Positions 59,244-64,000 of a stretch of DNA of 64,000 nucleotides are shown here, in pieces. A program made the position numbers and the translations under genes. The stretch's first letter is position 1. Each line of letters opens with the position of its first letter. The notes beneath the pieces were generated by a model. The model did no database searches. It was not told the DNA's origin and saw only the letters and a program-made list of their open reading frames with translations. Source of the DNA: Polyangiaceae bacterium (GTDB taxonomy: Bacteria; Myxococcota_A; Polyangia; Polyangiales; Polyangiaceae); contig JANRKO010000023.1 in the NCBI GenBank assembly GCA_033763455.1, positions 224,001 through 288,000 of the forward strand, in the 5' to 3' direction.

Positions 59244-60470
59244 GTGAGCATCATTTGCCGAGCTGAAGGTGTTGCGCTCATTTGCGCCCTCTCAGTGCTT
59301 GGTATGGCTTGCGGTGGGCGCGCTTATGAATCGGACGCCGAAGGGTGGTTTGTGCGATGGGGGGCGGATGACAACGATAGGTTCTTGGCTGTCACTGCCG
59401 ACGAGCGCTCCAGGATCTACGCTGCTGGACACACCGGCTCACGGCCGGAGGGGGGCGGAGCCGCGCTCAACGTGGTCGTCGCCCACTTCACGGATGTGGG
59501 GGCGCTAGGGTGGCAGTCCCTCATCGGTACCGATCAAGACGACGCCGCAACGTCGGTGGTGGCCGCCAACGGCGATGTCTTCGTTGCAGGCTTTACTGCG
59601 GGAGCACTTGGGCGTCCCAACGCAGGTGATCGCGACAGCTGGGCCGCCAGGCTCGACGGCAATACCGGAACCACACGCTGGCTATCCCAGTGGGGTAGCT
59701 CGGCATGGGACGCGGCTGGTCAAATCCTTACGACAGGCAATGGTGTGGTGCTCGTCGCCGGAGAAACAGATGCCGTTCCAAGTGCAGGGGAAACGGATGT
59801 GTTTGTCACGAGTTTTGACGCCTCTTCCGGCAGAGAGCGCTGGCATGTGCAATGGGGTGGCCCAGGCAACGACTACGTACGCCATGTCGCTCTTGGCGCA
59901 GAGGGGGAAGTGTACGTTGCCGTGCTGGAGGTAGAAGGACCGAGCAACACCTCAGGCCACCGCATGGTGGTGCGAACCATGGACGTTGAGAGCGGGACAC
60001 AACGCGCGTCGGTAGCCTTTGCCCCGAGTTCTTCGCAGGAGCTCTCACTCAAGGCAACCATCGACAAAACAGGCAACCTCTACGTGCTCGCGGAGACTTC
60101 GTCGACCATCTCCAAGGTCAGCGGGCAAACGGGAGAACTCCTATGGCGAACCGCAGTGACCTCCGAGACACCATCCGCACCGCCCTCCAATCATAGGCTC
60201 GCAATTGAATCGAGCGGTGAACTCTTGCTTGCTTCCAGTGACTCCAAAGAGGCGCGTTTGGGTTGGTTCGAACCAACAAACGGACAATTGCTTGCCCTTC
60301 GTCGAGTGGCTTGGCCGGCCGCGACCCTCCTGAATGCCATCTCAACCGTGCCAACCCGCCAAGGCACTTCGCCGCGAACGACAACATCGGGGCAGGTGCT
60401 GCTCGCGGGCTTTCTCACACCCAACCAAGCGGCACCACCTGGTGCCTTTGTGGCGCTTGCTGAGAAGTAA
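59244..60470 (+). CDS. Beta-propeller (SBBP-like repeat) lipoprotein
   Basis: Lipobox GMAC; repeated IYAAG/VFVAG/VLVAG blades and W..QWG motifs. Confidence 0.75.
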   Translation: MSIICRAEGVALICALSVLGMACGGRAYESDAEGWFVRWGADDNDRFLAVTADERSRIYAAGHTGSRPEGGGAALNVVVAHFTDVGALGWQSLIGTDQDDAATSVVAANGDVFVAGFTAGALGRPNAGDRDSWAARLDGNTGTTRWLSQWGSSAWDAAGQILTTGNGVVLVAGETDAVPSAGETDVFVTSFDASSGRERWHVQWGGPGNDYVRHVALGAEGEVYVAVLEVEGPSNTSGHRMVVRTMDVESGTQRASVAFAPSSSQELSLKATIDKTGNLYVLAETSSTISKVSGQTGELLWRTAVTSETPSAPPSNHRLAIESSGELLLASSDSKEARLGWFEPTNGQLLALRRVAWPAATLLNAISTVPTRQGTSPRTTTSGQVLLAGFLTPNQAAPPGAFVALAEK

Positions 60471-60608
60471 GCCTAGACGGCGATGACATGCGGTAGGGGT
60501 ATACCAGTCTTACCGCACAGTCCCACCGCTCGGGCGCTAGCCTAACGCGTGAGTGCGAAAGGGCTTGACCACAAACAGCGAAAGAACGACTCAAGAGCGG
60601 AGTCTCGG

Positions 60609-60821
60609 TTAATTCCCGAATACGTCCCCCACGGACTTCGCGTGAAGGATTCGCGCGGTCCACCTCAGGCACTCGGCGACGCCAGCGGCATCAATTCGAC
60701 TCCGTACCTCGGCGGAGACGGCACCAAATTTTTCTTCCAGTAAGCTCAGCAGAACGAGCCGCGCGCCTCGTGCCTCACCTCGTGCCTCGCCTCGCGCCTC
60801 CAACTCTTCCGCAAACGTCAT
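60609..60821 (-). CDS. Putative nested in-frame short isoform (RpnS-like antitoxin, 70 aa)
   Basis: Internal AGGAG-N8-ATG starting MTFAEELEARGEARG. Confidence 0.6.
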   Translation of the reverse strand: MTFAEELEARGEARGEARGARLVLLSLLEEKFGAVSAEVRSRIDAAGVAECLRWTARILHAKSVGDVFGN

Positions 60822-61601
60822 AACGGCTTCTCCTGCTCCGCGAACTGCCTTTAGCGCCTCTAGCGCCTCTTGCCCAACCGTCCCTTGTGTCACCGTCCAC
60901 ACATATAGCACAAAAACCAAGAACGCTTCGCGCCCCCCGCTACGGCGAAGGATCGCCTCAAACTCGGCGCGATAAGCACCAATGGTGCGGATCAAGCGAG
61001 CGCCGGTGCGGCTGTCCCGGAGTAGAGCCAAAGCGACAGTGAGCATGGGCCCGAGCTGACGTTCGCGCAGCTCTTGATCACTCGCCTGACTGACATCGTC
61101 TAGCAGAAATCCCCAGTGGGGTGTCACTTGGCGCACGGCTGGCTCGCGCAGGACTTCGGGGTCGAAAAGTTCCTCAAACCGAGTGGCAGCCGTCCAGCCG
61201 CGCTCGCTGTGGTGCAACACCTGCACCAATACGAGCGGCAGCGGCAGCACCGAACCCCCTTTGGCGCGAGCATCTAGCACGTGGCGTTCCCAAACCCGCA
61301 GCGCTCCTCCCAGGGTGCGAAGTGGCATCAGTGGGTCCACCGTACTCATGTGCTCAAACAGCACGTAAAGGTACGCGGGACGCCCCTTGTACGCGACGCT
61401 GTAAAGCATATCCACCACCGTACCCCGCAGCTCCTGACTCACAAAAGAGCCGTCTTCCACGCGCAGAGTACTCAAATCCAAGTTAACTAGGAGCGCTGGC
61501 GGAAGCGTGGCACGAAACTGCGCTGCGGCGTTTTCGGTGGCACCGAAGATGCGCCGCACCAAGGCGTCATGGGGGAAAACTTTCGAATCTGAATCTACCA
61601 C
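60609..61601 (-). CDS. Rpn family recombination-promoting nuclease / YhgA-like PD-(D/E)XK protein
   Basis: PHDALVRRIF, GSFVSQEL, DMLY, LFEHMS, DPLMPLR, LPLV, EARG repeats, DUF4351-like tail. Confidence 0.9.
   Translation of the reverse strand: MVDSDSKVFPHDALVRRIFGATENAAAQFRATLPPALLVNLDLSTLRVEDGSFVSQELRGTVVDMLYSVAYKGRPAYLYVLFEHMSTVDPLMPLRTLGGALRVWERHVLDARAKGGSVLPLPLVLVQVLHHSERGWTAATRFEELFDPEVLREPAVRQVTPHWGFLLDDVSQASDQELRERQLGPMLTVALALLRDSRTGARLIRTIGAYRAEFEAILRRSGGREAFLVFVLYVWTVTQGTVGQEALEALKAVRGAGEAVMTFAEELEARGEARGEARGARLVLLSLLEEKFGAVSAEVRSRIDAAGVAECLRWTARILHAKSVGDVFGN
60765..60800. repeat. 3 x 12-bp tandem repeat encoding EARG
   Basis: GCCTCGTGCCTC / ACCTCGTGCCTC / GCCTCGCGCCTC. Confidence 0.9.
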
Positions 61602-61931
61602 TCAACGTAGAGATACGGTGCTTGTTGAGACTTGGGTATTCGGGAAAACCCCAAGTGTTGGCTTTTCACCGCGAAGGGCTCGATATCAGCCCAAGGCGTT
61701 GATCTTGTTGATGCCGCACCCTACGGTGACATACTGCAGAGGCACGGCGCGGTGGCGGATGGGTTGCATTCGCTGGCTCCTTTCTTACTGGAGATTGAGC
61801 AGCGAAATCACTGGGCAGCAGCCCGGGCGAGCTAAAAACCCAGCAAGTTTACTGCCAATTTTGGCGCGGGTTATCATCTACTTTGCGAACGCTGGGCAAT
61901 CGGTGTACCCAAGCGGTTGTAGGGCAAGTCG

Positions 61932-63053
61932 ATGGGAATTCCTGGGATTTCTGAATCGTTGACGGGAGCAATTGGTTCCGGGTGGTTGCTTGAAGGCGTG
62001 ATTGGCGAGGGTGGAATGGGCGTGGTCTACCGCGCAAGAAAAGGCGCCGAGGCAGCTGCCGTTAAGCTACTTCACGCACACCTATTGGGCCACTCTGGCA
62101 CTGAGAAACGCGTGCTGCGTGAGGCGGTGCTACTGGGCAAGCTTAACCATCCGGGAATTTGTCGCCTCAAGGAAGCGGATGTGCTGAGTGACGGACGGCC
62201 CTTCCTCGTGATGGATCTGCTCCAGGGTCAAACGCTCAAGCAGTGCGCCGCCACGGGAAAGATTCCGGTGGCTCAGCTGATTGAGTACACACTGCAGGTG
62301 CTCGAAGCGTTGACCTACGCCCATGAAAGAGGTGTCATCCACCGCGATCTTAAGCCATCGAATCTGTTCTTGACGGCTCAAGGTCGAGTAAAGATCCTCG
62401 ATTTCGGCGTTGCGCGCTCTCTTCTGGAGGACTCCACGTGGCAGAGCTCGGTGGGAGAGCTCATCGGTACCCCTGCTTTCATGGCTCCGGAGCAGGCATC
62501 GGGCAAGCATGAAGAAGTGGGTCCCGCGACGGACATCTGGTCGCTAGGAGCTACCCTCTTTACTCTATTGACCGGTGAATACGTGCATCCCGCCGAATCC
62601 GAGCTCGAACGCGTCGGACGCGCCATGACCGTGGCCGCTCGAAAAGTGCGTTCCGTGGTGCCTGATTTCCCGGAGGCGCTGGCCGCCATTATCGATAAAT
62701 CACTCGCTTTCGAGATGGATGATCGCTTCCGCAGCGCGGTGAGTATGCGGTGCGCAATCAAGTTAGCGGTCGCGGAGAACACCTTCATCAGCAAAGCGGG
62801 TGCAGCCAACACGTTGCAGGGCGAGCCCGACGAAACGCTGGTCTATGGGTCAGCTCCCACCGGAAAGAGCTCACCTTCGCGGGATGAGCCAAGGCTCGAG
62901 TCGAGGCACCCATTGACACCTCCTTCGTCCGTCATTGTTCGCGATACCGCACCGATCCACCATCCCCTACCAAGGCTTGTGCGAGCCTGGGGGAGGGCTG
63001 CGAAATGGTGCTGCAACACGCTGAAGGCTCCACTGCCCGCGCAGGGTTCCTAG
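61932..63053 (+). CDS. Ser/Thr protein kinase (Pkn2-type)
   Basis: IGEGGMGVVY, AVK, HRDLKPSN, DFG, GTPAFMAPEQ, DIWSLG. Confidence 0.95.
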   Translation: MGIPGISESLTGAIGSGWLLEGVIGEGGMGVVYRARKGAEAAAVKLLHAHLLGHSGTEKRVLREAVLLGKLNHPGICRLKEADVLSDGRPFLVMDLLQGQTLKQCAATGKIPVAQLIEYTLQVLEALTYAHERGVIHRDLKPSNLFLTAQGRVKILDFGVARSLLEDSTWQSSVGELIGTPAFMAPEQASGKHEEVGPATDIWSLGATLFTLLTGEYVHPAESELERVGRAMTVAARKVRSVVPDFPEALAAIIDKSLAFEMDDRFRSAVSMRCAIKLAVAENTFISKAGAANTLQGEPDETLVYGSAPTGKSSPSRDEPRLESRHPLTPPSSVIVRDTAPIHHPLPRLVRAWGRAAKWCCNTLKAPLPAQGS

Positions 63054-63160
63054 AGGGGGAGCTGCGACAGATACGGGGTGAGCTTCGTGCTCACGCGCGG
63101 GGGACGCCCGTAGACGAGGGGTCGGTGGATACGTTGGGGTAGGAGGGGTGCGGCGTTAGC

Positions 63161-63826
63161 TTACCAGCGAATAAGCAGATCGACGTCACATTCCGACAAC
63201 ACACGCAGACTGACGGAGTGGTTACGTTCGTAAACCTTACAACCACCTTCCATGACACCCACTTGGTAGCAGTCCGGAAAGTTCCAAATCGATCTGAACT
63301 CCTGCACTGCTTGATGCTCGGAGATGTGACGAATTGTGACGGTACCGCTGATGCTGTGTCGATAGGCTGCCGGGGTGATGTTTATTGCGGCACGCAAATC
63401 CCTTCCTGCAACCGCGAACATCACACGGCCTGCAATCGATTCGGCCAAGGTGGGAAACGCTTCCCAACCGACCCGCCGCACTGCCTCTCGCAACGTCACA
63501 TGGGGATACCTTGCCTCGGCATAGCGAACAATCAACTCCATGTAGTCCCGCATTGGGTAGTCTCGAAACGCGGTGTACCTAGGCTCGCACCTTACATTGA
63601 ATCGCCGCGCGGCGCGCGCCAAGTTCTCGAAGAACATCCCTTTGACGATCGCCGTATCCGGTGTATTCTGTATCTGAACCTGCGGCCTAAACTGCACGTC
63701 AAAGTTCGGCACCTGAAACGATTGAGGGTCGATCCCGGCAGAAAGGAGTTCAGCATCAAGGTCGGACTCTTCAAAGCGTCGAGGAAGTAAGGAAGCCGTT
63801 GATTGGGCGTTGAAAAAGTGGGCCAT
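63161..63826 (-). CDS. DUF2378 family (myxobacteria-restricted) protein
   Basis: VKGMFF, YTAFRDYP, EAVRRVG, SIAGR, YQVGVMEG. Confidence 0.8.
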   Translation of the reverse strand: MAHFFNAQSTASLLPRRFEESDLDAELLSAGIDPQSFQVPNFDVQFRPQVQIQNTPDTAIVKGMFFENLARAARRFNVRCEPRYTAFRDYPMRDYMELIVRYAEARYPHVTLREAVRRVGWEAFPTLAESIAGRVMFAVAGRDLRAAINITPAAYRHSISGTVTIRHISEHQAVQEFRSIWNFPDCYQVGVMEGGCKVYERNHSVSLRVLSECDVDLLIRW

Positions 63827-64000
63827 CTGCAGGTGACCTTTCTTGTGTCACGCATACGAACGGCCTTCACGCATCGCACTTAAGGTGCCGCCGTGATTTT
63901 CCCGACATCGTTAGGTTTCAGATCTCGCACGCCGCCTATTGGACTCTGATCCAGCCGAATTAGCCTCCGGCCGAGCGAGATCACAATCGCACTGAACAGA

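Noticed and set aside
60609..61601. Rpn as an IS transposase
   Set aside because: No terminal inverted repeats or target duplication; the family is a nuclease rather than a demonstrated transposase
63395..63413. tRNA 3'-end-like sequence as attR
   Set aside because: Poor identity to the tRNA and inside the DUF2378 CDS

Overview
This is a mostly chromosomal backbone window from a Myxococcota bacterium, probably Polyangiales-like. The assignment is inferred from DUF2378, DUF1552/DUF1592, VWA and Cys-rich lipoproteins, a T2SSE_N-HEAT protein and a Pkn kinase; GC looks near 60% by eye. It holds about 54 CDSs and an initiator tRNA-Met. Housekeeping genes: leuB end, truD, recX, comM, recA, rlmD-like, folP, cdaA/cdaR, glpK, accA, gap-pgk-tpiA-secG, iscS. 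No CRISPR array, integrase, reverse transcriptase or rRNA was seen. Most interesting signals: (1) an 868-aa protein with an XRE-like N-terminus and a degenerate P-loop, with a perfect 13-2-13 bp palindrome directly before its start codon; (2) an MNIO (DUF692) and partner pair with no visible precursor, coupled to namZ; (3) a densely structured ~300-nt spacer before folP-cdaA-cdaR; (4) a mycobacterial-type flavin-independent MTHFR; (5) an Rpn nuclease with a nested short antitoxin-like ORF and an altered catalytic motif; (6) a comM-recA unit with a sigma54-like promoter; (7) a TraB-like OmpA/TSP3 protein coupled to a Cys-rich lipoprotein. All calls are by-eye motif recognition; no database searches were run, and refined start codons are best guesses.
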